In this document: piece after piece, positions 16,660 through 30,113 of the stretch
How the letters are laid out: each line of letters opens with the position of its first letter
Position numbering within the stretch: position 1 is the first letter of the stretch
Assembly: GCF_022493235.1 (NCBI RefSeq)
Contig: NZ_CP028741.1
Length of the DNA stretch: 32,000 nucleotides
Strand: one strand, 5' to 3'
Source: Escherichia coli
Lineage (GTDB): Bacteria; Pseudomonadota; Gammaproteobacteria; Enterobacterales; Enterobacteriaceae
The notes under the pieces: generated by a model
Seen by the model: only the letters and a program-made list of their open reading frames with translations
What the model was told of the DNA's origin: nothing
Database searches by the model: none
Translations under genes and position numbers: made by a program

Positions 16660-16793
16660 GAGAGCAGGCAGCGCTCGCCGCAGGACCGGATTAGCGACCA
16701 TTGCGAAGCTTTGGGAGTCTGTCCGGTCGAGGAAGCGCAAGGGAGCCGTAACCTGACCGGACTGCTTACGCTCTGATGCCGCCTCCGGTTTTT
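16660..16793 (+). other. GC-rich structured intergenic element, candidate packaging signal, origin or ncRNA
   Basis: Heptamer GACCGGA occurs at 16684-16690 and 16755-16761, with its complement TCCGGTC at 16722-16728 and TCCGGT at 16784-16789. The copies alternate in orientation. GCGCT (16671-16675) and AGCGC (16734-16738) form an outer stem. The composition is visibly more GC-rich than the surrounding phage DNA. Confidence 0.4.
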
Positions 16794-16821
16794 CTTGCAT
16801 ATTGCACATGTTTACAGGTGA

Positions 16822-18253
<1,432 letters not shown>

Positions 18254-18257
18254 GTGT

Positions 18258-18485
<228 letters not shown>

Positions 18486-18570
18486 GTAACCGTCTCATTT
18501 AAACCGTCTTTCGCCTCCCTTTCCTGTTTCCGATACTAATGTCCATTTTCGCAGTAAAGGGACATTTAAG

Positions 18571-19221
18571 ATGAATGCACGAAAGGCGGTACTGGCAGAC
18601 AATCCGGAATTGATCCTGCGTGTGCTACAACTGAGATTTGACGAGTCACTGTCGTACCCGCGCATTTCTGCGCAGACCGGTATCAGCAAACCCGCCATTT
18701 TTTCTCTGGTGAGGCGATTTCACCAGGTATTCACTGACTGGCCTCTTCCCGGGGAATATTCCTGCGTGCAACTGGCCCGGGCTCTGTTCCCGGGGCGATA
18801 CCCTTCAGCCCCGACAGTAACTCAGACTGTGAAAACAGAGAAAACCCGCCGGAACCGATTTTCACCGGAGTTTAAATGGAGACTTGTTCAGCAAACTCTT
18901 TTACCCGGTGCCTGTGTCGCACAAATAGCTCGTGAGAACGGAATCAACGATAACCTGCTCTTTAACTGGCGGCATCTCTGGCGTAACGGCGGCCTGCAGC
19001 CGACCGGCGAACATGAAACATCGCTACTTCCCGTGACGTTAACGCCGGAGCCGGATAATAAAATCCCGGCACCAGTGCAGATACCTGAACAGATAAATAC
19101 ACCGCCCGACAGTCTGTGCTGTGAGCTGGTTCTGCCGGCCGGAACTCTCAGGCTTAAAGGTAAACTGACGCCGGCGTTATTACAGACACTTATCCGCGAA
19201 ATAAAAGGGAGCAGCCACTGA
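18571..19221 (+). CDS. tnpA: IS66-family accessory protein TnpA (216 aa, HTH)
   Basis: RFSPEFKWRLVQQTLLPGACVAQIARENGINDNLLFNWRHLW is the typical IS66 Orf1 HTH. The N-terminal ~90 aa adds a second HTH-like segment. The stop overlaps the tnpB ATG (TGATG). Confidence 0.8.
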   Translation: MNARKAVLADNPELILRVLQLRFDESLSYPRISAQTGISKPAIFSLVRRFHQVFTDWPLPGEYSCVQLARALFPGRYPSAPTVTQTVKTEKTRRNRFSPEFKWRLVQQTLLPGACVAQIARENGINDNLLFNWRHLWRNGGLQPTGEHETSLLPVTLTPEPDNKIPAPVQIPEQINTPPDSLCCELVLPAGTLRLKGKLTPALLQTLIREIKGSSH

Positions 19222-19568
19222 TGATATCTCTCCCTGCAGGTTCGCGTATCTGGCTGGTTGCAGGTATCACCGATATGCGAAATGGCTTTAACGGCCTGGC
19301 ATCAAAAGTTCAGAACGTCCTGAAGGATGACCCGTTCTCCGGGCATCTGTTCATCTTCCGCGGACGCCGGGGTGACCAGATAAAAGTGTTGTGGGCTGAC
19401 AGTGACGGACTGTGCCTCTTCACCAAACGCCTGGAGCGGGGCCGCTTCGTCTGGCCGGTCACCCGTGACGGCAAGGTGCACCTTACTCCGGCTCAGTTAT
19501 CCATGCTTCTTGAAGGTATCAACTGGAAGCACCCGAAACGAACGGAACGCGCTGGCATCCGCATATAA
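19221..19568 (+). CDS. tnpB: IS66-family TnpB (Orf2, 115 aa)
   Basis: MISLPAGSRIWLVAGITDMRNGFNGLASKVQNVLKDDPFSGHLFIFRGRRGDQIKVLWADSDGLCLFTKRLERGRFVWP is the highly conserved IS66 Orf2 sequence. Confidence 0.9.
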   Translation: MISLPAGSRIWLVAGITDMRNGFNGLASKVQNVLKDDPFSGHLFIFRGRRGDQIKVLWADSDGLCLFTKRLERGRFVWPVTRDGKVHLTPAQLSMLLEGINWKHPKRTERAGIRI

Positions 19569-19587
19569 CCCGTTGTAAAGTGAGGAT

Positions 19588-21159
19588 ATGGACACCTCAC
19601 TTGCTCATGAGAATGCCCGCCTGCGGGCACTGTTGCAGACGCAACAGGACACCATCCGCCAGATGGCGAAATACAACCGCCTGCTCTCACAGCGGGTGGC
19701 GGCTTATGCTTCCGAAATCAACCGGCTGAAGGCGCTGGTTGCGAAACTGCAGCGCATGCAGTTCGGTAAAAGCTCAGAAAAACTTCGCGCTAAAACCGAA
19801 CGGCAGATACAGGATGCACAGGAGCGAATCAGCGCACTTCAGGAAGAAATGGCGGAAACGCTGGGTGAGCAATATGACCCGGTACTGCCATCTCCCCTGC
19901 GCCAGTCTTCAGCCCGTAAACCGTTACCTGCCTCACTTCCCCGTGAAACCCGGGTCATCCGTCCGGAAGAGGAATGCTGCCCGGCCTGTGGTGGCGAACT
20001 CAGTTCTCTGGGATGTGATGTGTCAGAGCAACTGGAGCTTATCAGCAGCGCCTTTAAGGTTATCGAAACACAACGTCCGAAACTGGCCTGTTGCCGGTGT
20101 GACCATATCGTGCAGGCACCGGTGCCTTCAAAACCCATTGCACGCAGTTATGCCGGAGCGGGGCTTCTGGCCCATGTTGTCGCTGGAAAATATGCAGACC
20201 ATCTGCCGTTATACCGCCAGTCAGAAATATACCGTCGTCAGGGCGTGGAGCTGAGCCGTGCCACACTGGGGCGCTGGACAGGTGCTGTTGCTGAACTGCT
20301 GGAGCCGCTGTATGACGTCCTGCGCCAGTATGTGCTGATGCCCGGTAAAGTCCATGCTGATGATATCCCCGTCCCGGTCCAGGAGCCGGGCAGCGGTAAA
20401 ACCCGAACCGCCCGGCTGTGGGTCTACGTCCGTGATGACCGTAATGCCGGTTCACAGATGCCCCCGGCGGTCTGGTTCGCGTACAGCCCGGACCGGAAAG
20501 GTATCCATCCACAGAATCACCTGGCCGGTTACAGCGGAGTGCTTCAGGCCGATGCTTACGGTGGTTACCGGGCGTTGTATGAATCCGGCAGAATAACGGA
20601 AGCCGCGTGTATGGCCCATGCCCGGAGAAAAATCCACGATGTGCATGCAAGAGCGCCCACCGATATCACCACTGAAGCCCTGCAGCGTATCGGTGAACTG
20701 TATGCCATCGAGGCAGAAGTCCGGGGATGTTCAGCAGAACAGCGTCTGGCAGCAAGAAAAGCCAGAGCTGCGCCACTGATGCAGTCACTGTATGACTGGA
20801 TACAGACTCAGATGAAAACACTGTCTCGTCACTCGGATACGGCAAAAGCGTTCGCATACCTGCTGAAACAGTGGGAGGCCCTGAACGTATACTGCAGTAA
20901 TGGTTGGGTGGAAATCGACAACAACATCGCAGAGAACGCCTTACGGGGAGTGGCCGTAGGCCGGAAAAACTGGCTGTTCGCAGGTTCCGACAGCGGTGGC
21001 GAACATGCGGCGGTGTTGTACTCGCTGATCGGCACATGCCGTCTGAACAATGTGGAGCCAGAAAAATGGCTGCGTTACGTCATTGAGCATATCCAGGACT
21101 GGCCGGCAAACCGGATACGCGATCTGTTGCCCTGGAAAATTGATCTGAGCTCTCAGTAA
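19588..21159 (+). CDS. tnpC: IS66-family DDE transposase TnpC (523 aa)
   Basis: It has an N-terminal leucine-zipper-like region, a zinc finger CPACGGEL...CCRCDH, and the conserved HADDIPVPV...LWVYV...LQADAYGGY...[11 protein letters not shown]...[25 protein letters not shown] blocks. Confidence 0.9.
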   Translation: MDTSLAHENARLRALLQTQQDTIRQMAKYNRLLSQRVAAYASEINRLKALVAKLQRMQFGKSSEKLRAKTERQIQDAQERISALQEEMAETLGEQYDPVLPSPLRQSSARKPLPASLPRETRVIRPEEECCPACGGELSSLGCDVSEQLELISSAFKVIETQRPKLACCRCDHIVQAPVPSKPIARSYAGAGLLAHVVAGKYADHLPLYRQSEIYRRQGVELSRATLGRWTGAVAELLEPLYDVLRQYVLMPGKVHADDIPVPVQEPGSGKTRTARLWVYVRDDRNAGSQMPPAVWFAYSPDRKGIHPQNHLAGYSGVLQADAYGGYRALYESGRITEAACMAHARRKIHDVHARAPTDITTEALQRIGELYAIEAEVRGCSAEQRLAARKARAAPLMQSLYDWIQTQMKTLSRHSDTAKAFAYLLKQWEALNVYCSNGWVEIDNNIAENALRGVAVGRKNWLFAGSDSGGEHAAVLYSLIGTCRLNNVEPEKWLRYVIEHIQDWPANRIRDLLPWKIDLSSQ

Positions 21160-21185
21160 ATATCAATACGGTTCTGGTGAGCCGC

Positions 21186-21411
<226 letters not shown>

Positions 21412-21414
21412 TAC

Positions 21415-21996
<582 letters not shown>

Positions 21997-22004
21997 CGAA
22001 AAAA

Positions 22005-22030
22005 AGCGGAAGAGGTCGCCCTCTTCCGCT
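22005..22030. terminator. Bidirectional terminator between the convergent eamB and grcA genes
   Basis: AGCGGAAGAGG (22005-22015), loop TCGC, CCTCTTCCGCT (22020-22030). An A-run lies upstream and a T follows. Confidence 0.8.
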
Positions 22031-22051
22031 TAGTAACTTGCTACTTAAGCC

Positions 22052-22435
22052 TTACAGGCTTTCAGTAAAGGTACGAGCGATAACGTCGCGCTGCTGTTCC
22101 GGAGTCAGAGAGTTAAAGCGAACTGCATAACCGGATACACGGATGGTCAGCTGCGGATATTTTTCCGGATGCTTAACTGCATCTTCCAGAGTTTCACGAC
22201 GCAGAACGTTAACGTTCAGGTGCTGACCACCTTCAACGCGAACTTCTGGTTTCACTTCTACTGGAACTTCACGGTACTCAATGTCACCCAGTTTGCTTAC
22301 TGCAACCACTTCGTCTTCTGCAAAACCTGCTTTCGCAACGATGCAACGTGCTTCGCCTTTTTCGCTGTCCAGCAGCCAGAAAGAGTTCAGCAGATCGTCG
22401 TTAGCGGCTTTAGTAATCTGGATACCTGTAATCAT
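22052..22435 (-). CDS. grcA: Autonomous glycyl radical cofactor GrcA/YfiD (127 aa)
   Basis: [31 protein letters not shown]...[31 protein letters not shown] contains the glycyl-radical RVSGYAV motif. Confidence 0.95.
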
Positions 22436-22542
22436 GTGATGCCTCCCCGGCAAAATTATTTGATTTGTTCAGCCTGTCGCGGCCAATTGGTAAAACCATT
22501 GTTGCTTGAGTGTATATATACTCCTCAACCACCCTTGATTCT

Positions 22543-22556
22543 TTGATTTAAATCAA
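22543..22556. promoter_or_regulatory. FNR site (TTGAT-N4-ATCAA), proximal site of the grcA promoter
   Basis: This is a perfect TTGATTTAAATCAA palindrome. A TATATA -10-like element lies about 30 bp toward grcA. The known yfiD promoter has FNR sites at -40.5 and -93.5. Confidence 0.75.
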
Positions 22557-22595
22557 TAAAAACCACACATCAATTGTGGTCGTAAATGGATTTTA

Positions 22596-22609
22596 TTGTT
22601 TTACATCAA
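22596..22609. promoter_or_regulatory. Second (distal) FNR-like site of the grcA promoter
   Basis: TTGTTTTACATCAA is centred 53 bp from the proximal site. This equals the -40.5/-93.5 spacing reported for yfiD. Confidence 0.6.
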
Positions 22610-22739
22610 CTTATGCGGGTGTGAAATTTTACCAATTTACATTTTTTTGCACTCGTTTAAGTCTAAAAAATGAGCATGATTTTGTTCTGTAGAAAGAAGC
22701 AGTTAAGCTAGGCGGATTGAAGATTCGCAGGAGAGCGAG

Positions 22740-23429
22740 ATGGCTAACGAATTAACCTGGCATGACGTGCTGGCTGAAGAGAAGCAACAACCTTATTTTC
22801 TTAATACCCTTCAGACCGTCGCCAGCGAGCGGCAGTCCGGCGTCACTATCTATCCACCACAAAAAGATGTCTTTAACGCGTTCCGCTTTACCGAGTTGGG
22901 TGACGTTAAAGTGGTGATTCTCGGCCAGGATCCTTATCACGGACCGGGACAGGCGCATGGTCTGGCATTTTCCGTTCGCCCCGGCATTGCGACACCCCCG
23001 TCACTGCTGAATATGTATAAAGAGCTGGAAAATACCATTCCGGGCTTCACCCGCCCTAATCATGGTTATCTTGAAAGCTGGGCGCGTCAGGGCGTTCTGT
23101 TGCTCAATACTGTGTTGACGGTACGCGCAGGTCAGGCGCATTCCCACGCCAGCCTCGGCTGGGAAACCTTCACCGATAAAGTGATCAGCCTGATTAACCA
23201 GCACCGCGAAGGCGTGGTGTTTTTGTTGTGGGGATCTCATGCGCAAAAGAAAGGGGCGATTATAGATAAGCAACGCCATCACGTACTGAAAGCGCCGCAT
23301 CCGTCGCCGCTCTCGGCGCATCGTGGATTCTTTGGCTGCAACCATTTTGTGCTGGCAAATCAGTGGCTGGAACAACGTGGCGAGAAACCGATTGACTGGA
23401 TGCCAGTATTACCGGCAGAGAGTGAGTAA
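22740..23429 (+). CDS. ung: Uracil-DNA glycosylase (229 aa)
   Basis: Contains [22 protein letters not shown] and HPSPLSA motifs. The ORF is full length. Confidence 0.95.
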   Translation: MANELTWHDVLAEEKQQPYFLNTLQTVASERQSGVTIYPPQKDVFNAFRFTELGDVKVVILGQDPYHGPGQAHGLAFSVRPGIATPPSLLNMYKELENTIPGFTRPNHGYLESWARQGVLLLNTVLTVRAGQAHSHASLGWETFTDKVISLINQHREGVVFLLWGSHAQKKGAIIDKQRHHVLKAPHPSPLSAHRGFFGCNHFVLANQWLEQRGEKPIDWMPVLPAESE

Positions 23430-23476
23430 ATTTGCGGGAAAATGCCGGATGGCAGCGTTGCCACCCGGCTGAGTTA

Positions 23477-24514
23477 TCAGGCCTTGTTCTGACGCCACCA
23501 TTCACCAAGCAAAACGCCTGTTGCAACAGAGATATTCAGCCCGGCAACGTTGCCCGTACCGTCAATCTTCACGCGCAGATCGTTCGGATCGCGTGCGGCA
23601 TCCGGTAACCCTTCATATTCCTGACCCAGCACCAGTACCATTTTCGCTGGCAGACTGGTTTTGAACAGCGGTTTACCCTGCTCGCTGGAAGTTGTCACTA
23701 CGGTGTAACCCGCCTGACGGAAATCATCCAGCACGTTAACAATGTTGTCGCCAGTAATCGGCTGAACGTGCTCTGCGCCGCCTTCTGCGGTACGGATAGC
23801 CGCACCCGACTCCAGCAGTGCCGCATCCTGCACCACAACGCCTTTCACGCCGAAGTGCGCGCAGCTGCGCATCATGCCACCCAGGTTATGCGGGTTAGAT
23901 TCGTTTTCCAGTGCCAGAACACAATCCTGCGCGCCTGCCTGGCTTACCCACTGCTGCACGGTTGTACCGTTACGCTTTTTGATCAGGAAGCAAACGCCAC
24001 CGTGATGTTCCGTGCCTGACGCTTTTGTCAATTCCGCTTCATCCACCACATGGTACGCTTTGCGGTTTGCCGCCATCCAGCGCAAGGCTTCTTTAAAACG
24101 TGGCGTTACGCTCTGGATAAACCAGGCGCGAACAATCGCTTCCGGACGGCTCTGGAAAAGTGCCTGACATGCATTTTCGCCGTAGACGCGGGTTTCTTCC
24201 GCACGCTGACGACGCAAAACTTCTGGATCAATAAAACTTTTACCACTGATGCCACCATGATCGGCCTTTTCCGGCGTCTCATCACCCGGCGCGCGGAAAA
24301 CCGTGCGCCACGGCGACTCTTCCCACTTGCGGTCACGGGGCTGACTCTGTTTGTCATCGCGGGCGGGGCGACGGCCACCGTCAGCACGAGATTTTCCTGG
24401 ACGCCCGCCCCCTTTCCCGGTACGCGGGTTGTGGGTACGTTTATCAGAATCATCATCACTGCGGACATACATCACTTTGACCTTGCCGCTTTTACCTTTC
24501 ATTTCATCGTTCAT
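23477..24514 (-). CDS. yfiF: SpoU/TrmH-family RNA 2'-O-methyltransferase YfiF (345 aa)
   Basis: The start is taken at [22 protein letters not shown], followed by a basic low-complexity N-terminal region. The C-terminal SpoU domain has [10 protein letters not shown] and [15 protein letters not shown]. Confidence 0.88.
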   Translation of the reverse strand: MNDEMKGKSGKVKVMYVRSDDDSDKRTHNPRTGKGGGRPGKSRADGGRRPARDDKQSQPRDRKWEESPWRTVFRAPGDETPEKADHGGISGKSFIDPEVLRRQRAEETRVYGENACQALFQSRPEAIVRAWFIQSVTPRFKEALRWMAANRKAYHVVDEAELTKASGTEHHGGVCFLIKKRNGTTVQQWVSQAGAQDCVLALENESNPHNLGGMMRSCAHFGVKGVVVQDAALLESGAAIRTAEGGAEHVQPITGDNIVNVLDDFRQAGYTVVTTSSEQGKPLFKTSLPAKMVLVLGQEYEGLPDAARDPNDLRVKIDGTGNVAGLNISVATGVLLGEWWRQNKA

Positions 24515-24720
24515 GCTTTTCTCCACCAGCGCTGCGCGAAGCGCGCAGATTACCCGAAGTCCGCGCGGTTCGCCATGATTTCGTACCAAAGCCTGCGACT
24601 ATCATACCTATTGAATAAAACAGATTGTTGTCTGGAACAATGTCCCCGATAATATGTAACATATTAGAAACATACCGGCGTCGTTGCCGATAAGTCTCCT
24701 TACTCATCCCGAGGTTAGTT

Positions 24721-25140
24721 ATGAATACCGTTTGTACCCATTGTCAGGCCATCAATCGCATTCCCGACGATCGGATTGAAGATGCGGCAAAATGCGGACG
24801 CTGCGGTCACGACTTGTTTGACGGAGAGGTGATTAATGCGACCGGTGAAACGCTCGACAAATTGCTGAAAGATGATCTACCAGTGGTGATCGACTTCTGG
24901 GCACCGTGGTGCGGCCCCTGCCGTAATTTCGCACCAATTTTTGAAGATGTCGCGCAAGAGCGTAGCGGTAAAGTGCGCTTTGTGAAAGTGAATACCGAAG
25001 CTGAACGTGAATTGAGCAGTCGCTTTGGAATTCGTAGTATACCGACGATCATGATTTTCAAAAACGGTCAGGTTGTCGACATGCTTAATGGCGCAGTACC
25101 GAAAGCGCCGTTCGACAGCTGGTTGAACGAATCTATTTAA
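24721..25140 (+). CDS. trxC: Thioredoxin 2 (139 aa) with an N-terminal zinc finger
   Basis: CTHC...CGRC zinc-binding pairs are followed by the WCGPC active site. Confidence 0.95.
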   Translation: MNTVCTHCQAINRIPDDRIEDAAKCGRCGHDLFDGEVINATGETLDKLLKDDLPVVIDFWAPWCGPCRNFAPIFEDVAQERSGKVRFVKVNTEAERELSSRFGIRSIPTIMIFKNGQVVDMLNGAVPKAPFDSWLNESI

Positions 25141-25146
25141 TCTTAC

Positions 25147-25172
25147 CGGGGCGCATCTTGTGCCCCGTTTTC
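25147..25172 (+). terminator. Rho-independent terminator after trxC
   Basis: CGGGGC (25147-25152) and GCCCCG (25162-25167) form a stem followed by TTTTCT. Confidence 0.65.
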
Positions 25173-25208
25173 TCCTCTGCGACAATGGCGTTTTTTCGAC
25201 GCTCTCTT

Positions 25209-25907
25209 ATGACCGAAAACGCTGTTCTCCAGTTACGCGCCGAGCGTATTGCGCGCGCAACACGTCCTTTTCTTGCCCGTGGTAATCGCGTTCGTCGCTG
25301 CCAACGCTGTCTTTTGCCAGAGAAATTATGTCTCTGTTCGACAATTACCCCAGCACAAGCAAAAAGTCGCTTCTGTTTGCTGATGTTCGACACCGAGCCA
25401 ATGAAGCCAAGTAACACCGGGCGTCTGATTGCTGATATTTTGCCTGATACCGTTGCGTTTCAATGGTCGCGTACCGAACCCTCGCAAGATTTGCTGGAGT
25501 TGGTGCAAAACCCGGACTATCAGCCAATGGTGGTCTTTCCCGCTTCGTATGCTGATGAGCAACGGGAAGTGATCTTCACACCACCTGCCGGTAAGCCACC
25601 GCTGTTTATCATGCTCGATGGTACCTGGCCGGAAGCTCGCAAGATGTTTCGTAAAAGTCCGTATCTGGATAATCTTCCCGTCATTTCCGTCGATCTTTCC
25701 CGGCTTTCTGCCTATCGCCTGCGTGAAGCCCAGGCTGAAGGCCAATATTGTACTGCCGAGGTAGCCATCGCACTGTTAGATATGGCCGGCGATACCGGGG
25801 CGGCAGCAGGGTTAGGCGAGCATTTTACCCGCTTTAAAACACGCTATCTGGCAGGAAAAACGCAACATCTGGGTAGCATCACAGCAGAACAGTTAGAAAG
25901 CGTTTAA
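25209..25907 (+). CDS. tapT: DTW-domain tRNA-uridine aminocarboxypropyltransferase TapT/YfiP (232 aa)
   Basis: The start is taken at MTENAVLQLRAERIARATRPF. It has a CxxCxxxxxLCLC cluster and a DGTW motif (IMLDGTWPEARKMF). Confidence 0.85.
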   Translation: MTENAVLQLRAERIARATRPFLARGNRVRRCQRCLLPEKLCLCSTITPAQAKSRFCLLMFDTEPMKPSNTGRLIADILPDTVAFQWSRTEPSQDLLELVQNPDYQPMVVFPASYADEQREVIFTPPAGKPPLFIMLDGTWPEARKMFRKSPYLDNLPVISVDLSRLSAYRLREAQAEGQYCTAEVAIALLDMAGDTGAAAGLGEHFTRFKTRYLAGKTQHLGSITAEQLESV

Positions 25908-25938
25908 AATCATTCGGTCACTTCTGCGGGAGACCGGT

Positions 25939-28599
25939 ATGAGTCAGCGAGGACTGGAAGCACTACTGCGACCAAAATCGATAGCGGTAATTGGCGCGTC
26001 GATGAAACCCAATCGCGCAGGTTACCTGATGATGCGTAACCTGCTGGCGGGAGGCTTTAACGGACCGGTACTCCCGGTGACGCCAGCCTGGAAAGCGGTG
26101 TTGGGTGTGTTGGCCTGGCCGGATATTGCCAGCTTGCCCTTTACACCCGACCTTGCGGTTTTATGTACCAATGCCAGCCGTAATCTCGCTCTTCTGGAAG
26201 AGCTCGGCGAGAAAGGCTGTAAAACCTGCATTATTCTTTCCGCCCCGGCATCGCAACACGAAGATCTCCGCGCCTGCGCCCTGCGCCATAACATGCGCCT
26301 GCTTGGACCAAACAGTCTGGGTTTACTGGCTCCCTGGCAAGGTCTGAATGCCAGCTTTTCGCCTGTGCCGATTAAACGCGGCAAGCTGGCGTTTATTTCA
26401 CAATCGGCTGCCGTCTCCAACACCATCCTCGACTGGGCGCAACAGCGTGAGATGGGCTTTTCCTACTTTATTGCGCTCGGCGACAGCCTGGATATCGACG
26501 TTGATGAATTGCTCGACTATCTGGCGCGCGACAGTAAAACCAGCGCCATCCTGCTCTATCTCGAACAGTTAAGCGACGCGCGACGCTTTGTTTCGGCGGC
26601 CCGTAGTGCCTCGCGTAATAAACCGATTCTGGTGATTAAAAGCGGACGTAGCCCGGCGGCTCAACGTCTGTTGAACACCACGGCAGGAATGGATCCGGCG
26701 TGGGATGCGGCTATTCAGCGTGCCGGTTTGTTGCGGGTACAGGACACCCACGAACTGTTTTCGGCGGTAGAAACCCTTAGCCATATGCGCCCGCTGCGTG
26801 GCGACCGGTTGATGATTATCAGCAACGGTGCTGCGCCTGCCGCGCTGGCGCTGGATGCCTTATGGTCACGCAATGGCAAGCTGGCAACGCTAAGCGAAGA
26901 AACCTGCCAGAAACTGCGCGATGCACTGCCAGGACATGTGGCAATCTCTAACCCGCTCGATCTGCGAGATGACGCCAGCAGCGAGCATTATGTCAAAACG
27001 CTGGACATTCTGCTCCACAGCCAGGATTTTGATGCGCTGATGGTTATTCATTCGCCCAGCGCCGCTGCTCCCGCAACAGAAAGTGCGCAAGCATTAATTG
27101 AAGCGGTAAAGCATCATCCCCGCAGCAAGTATGTTTCTCTGCTGACGAACTGGTGCGGCGAGCACTCCTCGCAAGAGGCACGACGTTTATTCAGCGAAGC
27201 CGGGCTGCCGACCTACCGTACCCCGGAAGGAACCATCACTGCTTTTATGCATATGGTGGAGTACCGGCGTAATCAGAAGCAACTACGCGAAACGCCGGCG
27301 TTGCCCAGCAATCTGACTTCCAATACCGCAAAAGCGCATCTTCTGTTGCAACAGGCGATTGCCGAAGGGGCTACGTCGCTCGATACCCATGAAGTTCAGC
27401 CCATCCTGCAAGCGTATGGCATGAACACGCTCCCTACCTGGATTGCCAGCGATAGCACCGAAGCGGTGCATATTGCCGAACAGATTGGTTATCCGGTGGC
27501 GCTGAAATTACGTTCGCCGGATATTCCACATAAATCGGAAGTTCAGGGCGTCATGCTTTACCTGCGTACAGCCAATGAAGTCCAGCAAGCGGCGAACGCT
27601 ATTTTCGATCGCGTAAAAATGGCCTGGCCACAGGCGCGGATCCACGGCCTGTTGGTGCAAAGTATGGCTAACCGTGCTGGCGCTCAGGAGTTGCGGGTTG
27701 TGGTTGAGCACGATCCGGTTTTTGGGCCGTTGATCATGCTGGGTGAAGGCGGTGTGGAGTGGCGTCCTGAAGATCAAGCCGTCGTCGCACTGCCGCCGCT
27801 GAACATGAACCTGGCCCGCTATCTGGTTATTCAGGGGATCAAAAGTAAAAAGATTCGTGCGCGCAGTGCGCTACGCCCATTGGATGTTGCAGGCTTGAGC
27901 CAGCTTCTGGTGCAGGTTTCCAACTTGATTGTCGATTGCCCGGAAATTCAGCGTCTGGATATTCATCCTTTGCTGGCTTCTGGCAGTGAATTTACCGCGC
28001 TGGATGTCACGCTGGATATCGCACCGTTTGAAGGCGATAACGAGAGTCGGCTGGCAGTGCGCCCTTATCCGCATCAGCTGGAAGAATGGGTAGAATTGAA
28101 AAACGGTGAACGCTGCTTGTTCCGCCCGATTTTGCCAGAAGATGAGCCACAACTTCAGCAATTCATTTCGCGAGTCACCAAAGAAGATCTTTATTACCGC
28201 TACTTTAGCGAGATCAACGAATTTACCCATGAAGATTTAGCCAACATGACACAGATCGACTACGATCGGGAAATGGCGTTTGTAGCGGTACGACGTATTG
28301 ATCAAACGGAAGAGATCCTCGGCGTCACGCGTGCGATCTCCGACCCTGATAACATCGATGCCGAATTTGCCGTGCTGGTTCGCTCGGATCTCAAAGGGTT
28401 AGGCTTAGGTCGACGCTTAATGGAAAAGTTGATTACCTATACGCGAGATCACGGACTGCAACGTCTGAATGGTATTACGATGCCAAACAATCGTGGCATG
28501 GTGGCGCTGGCCCGCAAGCTCGGGTTTAACGTTGATATCCAGCTCGAAGAGGGGATCGTTGGGCTTACGCTAAATCTTGCCCAACGCGAGGAATCATGA
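25939..28599 (+). CDS. patZ: Protein lysine acetyltransferase PatZ/Pka/YfiQ (886 aa)
   Basis: It has an N-terminal CoA-binding / acyl-CoA synthetase (NDP-forming)-like region and a C-terminal GNAT domain (VRSDLKGLGLGRRLMEKL). The sequence matches recalled YfiQ. Confidence 0.93.
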   Translation: MSQRGLEALLRPKSIAVIGASMKPNRAGYLMMRNLLAGGFNGPVLPVTPAWKAVLGVLAWPDIASLPFTPDLAVLCTNASRNLALLEELGEKGCKTCIILSAPASQHEDLRACALRHNMRLLGPNSLGLLAPWQGLNASFSPVPIKRGKLAFISQSAAVSNTILDWAQQREMGFSYFIALGDSLDIDVDELLDYLARDSKTSAILLYLEQLSDARRFVSAARSASRNKPILVIKSGRSPAAQRLLNTTAGMDPAWDAAIQRAGLLRVQDTHELFSAVETLSHMRPLRGDRLMIISNGAAPAALALDALWSRNGKLATLSEETCQKLRDALPGHVAISNPLDLRDDASSEHYVKTLDILLHSQDFDALMVIHSPSAAAPATESAQALIEAVKHHPRSKYVSLLTNWCGEHSSQEARRLFSEAGLPTYRTPEGTITAFMHMVEYRRNQKQLRETPALPSNLTSNTAKAHLLLQQAIAEGATSLDTHEVQPILQAYGMNTLPTWIASDSTEAVHIAEQIGYPVALKLRSPDIPHKSEVQGVMLYLRTANEVQQAANAIFDRVKMAWPQARIHGLLVQSMANRAGAQELRVVVEHDPVFGPLIMLGEGGVEWRPEDQAVVALPPLNMNLARYLVIQGIKSKKIRARSALRPLDVAGLSQLLVQVSNLIVDCPEIQRLDIHPLLASGSEFTALDVTLDIAPFEGDNESRLAVRPYPHQLEEWVELKNGERCLFRPILPEDEPQLQQFISRVTKEDLYYRYFSEINEFTHEDLANMTQIDYDREMAFVAVRRIDQTEEILGVTRAISDPDNIDAEFAVLVRSDLKGLGLGRRLMEKLITYTRDHGLQRLNGITMPNNRGMVALARKLGFNVDIQLEEGIVGLTLNLAQREES

Positions 28600-28712
28600 G
28601 TAAGGTACTGGAAATGTTGACCACTTAATCGGGACTGGTGTTATTATTGCCCGCTTATGTCGTCTGCATTGCACAGAGGACCCTTCAATGAACAGAGAAG
28701 AAATGCACTGTG

Positions 28713-30068
28713 ATGTTGTCAAAATTTAAGCGTAATAAACATCAACAACACCTTGCCCAACTACCCAAGATTTCTCAATCAGTTGATGATGTCGATTTCT
28801 TTTACGCTCCCGCCGATTTCCGGGAGACGCTGCTGGAAAAAATAGCCAGCGCGAAGCAGCGCATTTGCATTGTCGCCCTGTATCTCGAACAGGATGACGG
28901 TGGCAAAGGCATTCTGAACGCGTTGTATGAAGCTAAAAGGCAGCGTCCGGAACTGGATGTGCGGGTGCTGGTCGACTGGCATCGTGCACAACGTGGACGC
29001 ATTGGCGCTGCGGCATCTAACACTAACGCTGACTGGTACTGCCGCATGGCGCAGGAAAATCCGGGCGTAGATGTTCCGGTTTATGGCGTTCCAATCAATA
29101 CCCGTGAAGCCCTTGGTGTTCTGCACTTTAAAGGCTTTATCATCGACGATAGCGTACTTTATAGCGGTGCCAGCCTGAACGATGTTTACCTGCATCAGCA
29201 CGATAAATATCGCTACGACCGTTATCATCTTATCCGTAACCGTAAGATGTCAGACATTATGTTTGAATGGGTTACACAGAATATTATGAATGGCCGCGGC
29301 GTTAATCGTCTGGATGATGTTAATCGGCCAAAAAGCCCGGAAATCAAGAACGATATTCGTCTGTTCCGCCAGGAGCTGCGTGATGCCGCTTATCATTTCC
29401 AGGGCGATGCCGACAACGATCAGCTTTCCGTAACGCCGCTAGTGGGGCTGGGGAAATCGAGTCTGTTGAACAAGACCATTTTCCATCTTATGCCTTGTGC
29501 CGAGCAGAAACTAACCATCTGTACGCCATACTTCAACCTGCCAGCAATCCTTGTGCGCAATATTATCCAGTTGCTGCGCGAAGGGAAAAAGGTCGAAATT
29601 ATTGTTGGTGATAAAACCGCGAATGACTTCTACATTCCGGAAGATGAACCTTTCAAGATAATTGGCGCATTGCCTTATCTCTATGAGATCAATCTGCGTC
29701 GTTTCCTGAGCCGTTTGCAGTATTACGTCAATACTGACCAGCTAGTGGTTCGGTTATGGAAAGATGACGACAACACCTATCACCTGAAAGGGATGTGGGT
29801 TGATGATAAGTGGATGTTGATCACCGGTAATAACCTGAACCCGCGCGCCTGGCGTCTGGATCTGGAAAACGCCATTTTGATCCACGATCCGCAACTTGAG
29901 CTGGCGCCACAGCGAGAGAAAGAACTGGAGCTGATCCGCGAGCATACCACCATCGTTAAGCACTATCGCGATCTGCAAAGTATTGCCGATTATCCGGTGA
30001 AGGTTCGTAAACTCATCCGCCGTTTGCGCCGTATCCGCATCGACCGATTAATTAGCCGCATCCTGTAA
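28713..30068 (+). CDS. pssA: CDP-diacylglycerol-serine O-phosphatidyltransferase (phosphatidylserine synthase, 451 aa)
   Basis: It has two PLD-type HKD motifs (GVLHFKGFIIDD and YHLKGMWVDD). The start is taken at the ATG at 28713 (MLSKFKRNKHQQHLAQLPK). Confidence 0.93.
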   Translation: MLSKFKRNKHQQHLAQLPKISQSVDDVDFFYAPADFRETLLEKIASAKQRICIVALYLEQDDGGKGILNALYEAKRQRPELDVRVLVDWHRAQRGRIGAAASNTNADWYCRMAQENPGVDVPVYGVPINTREALGVLHFKGFIIDDSVLYSGASLNDVYLHQHDKYRYDRYHLIRNRKMSDIMFEWVTQNIMNGRGVNRLDDVNRPKSPEIKNDIRLFRQELRDAAYHFQGDADNDQLSVTPLVGLGKSSLLNKTIFHLMPCAEQKLTICTPYFNLPAILVRNIIQLLREGKKVEIIVGDKTANDFYIPEDEPFKIIGALPYLYEINLRRFLSRLQYYVNTDQLVVRLWKDDDNTYHLKGMWVDDKWMLITGNNLNPRAWRLDLENAILIHDPQLELAPQREKELELIREHTTIVKHYRDLQSIADYPVKVRKLIRRLRRIRIDRLISRIL

Positions 30069-30072
30069 TCAC

Positions 30073-30101
30073 AACCCCGTCCTGTACGGGGTTTGTTTTT
30101 T
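30073..30101 (+). terminator. Rho-independent terminator after pssA
   Basis: AACCCCGT (30073-30080) and ACGGGGTT (30086-30093) form a stem followed by a T-run. Confidence 0.8.
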
Positions 30102-30113
30102 GGAGGCCACGTT

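Noticed and set aside
16743-16773. GAGCCGTAA...TTACGCTC hairpin superficially reminiscent of group II intron domain V
   Set aside because: It lacks the GNRA tetraloop, the 34-nt length and the characteristic 2-nt bulge position. No reverse transcriptase/maturase ORF or other intron domains are nearby.
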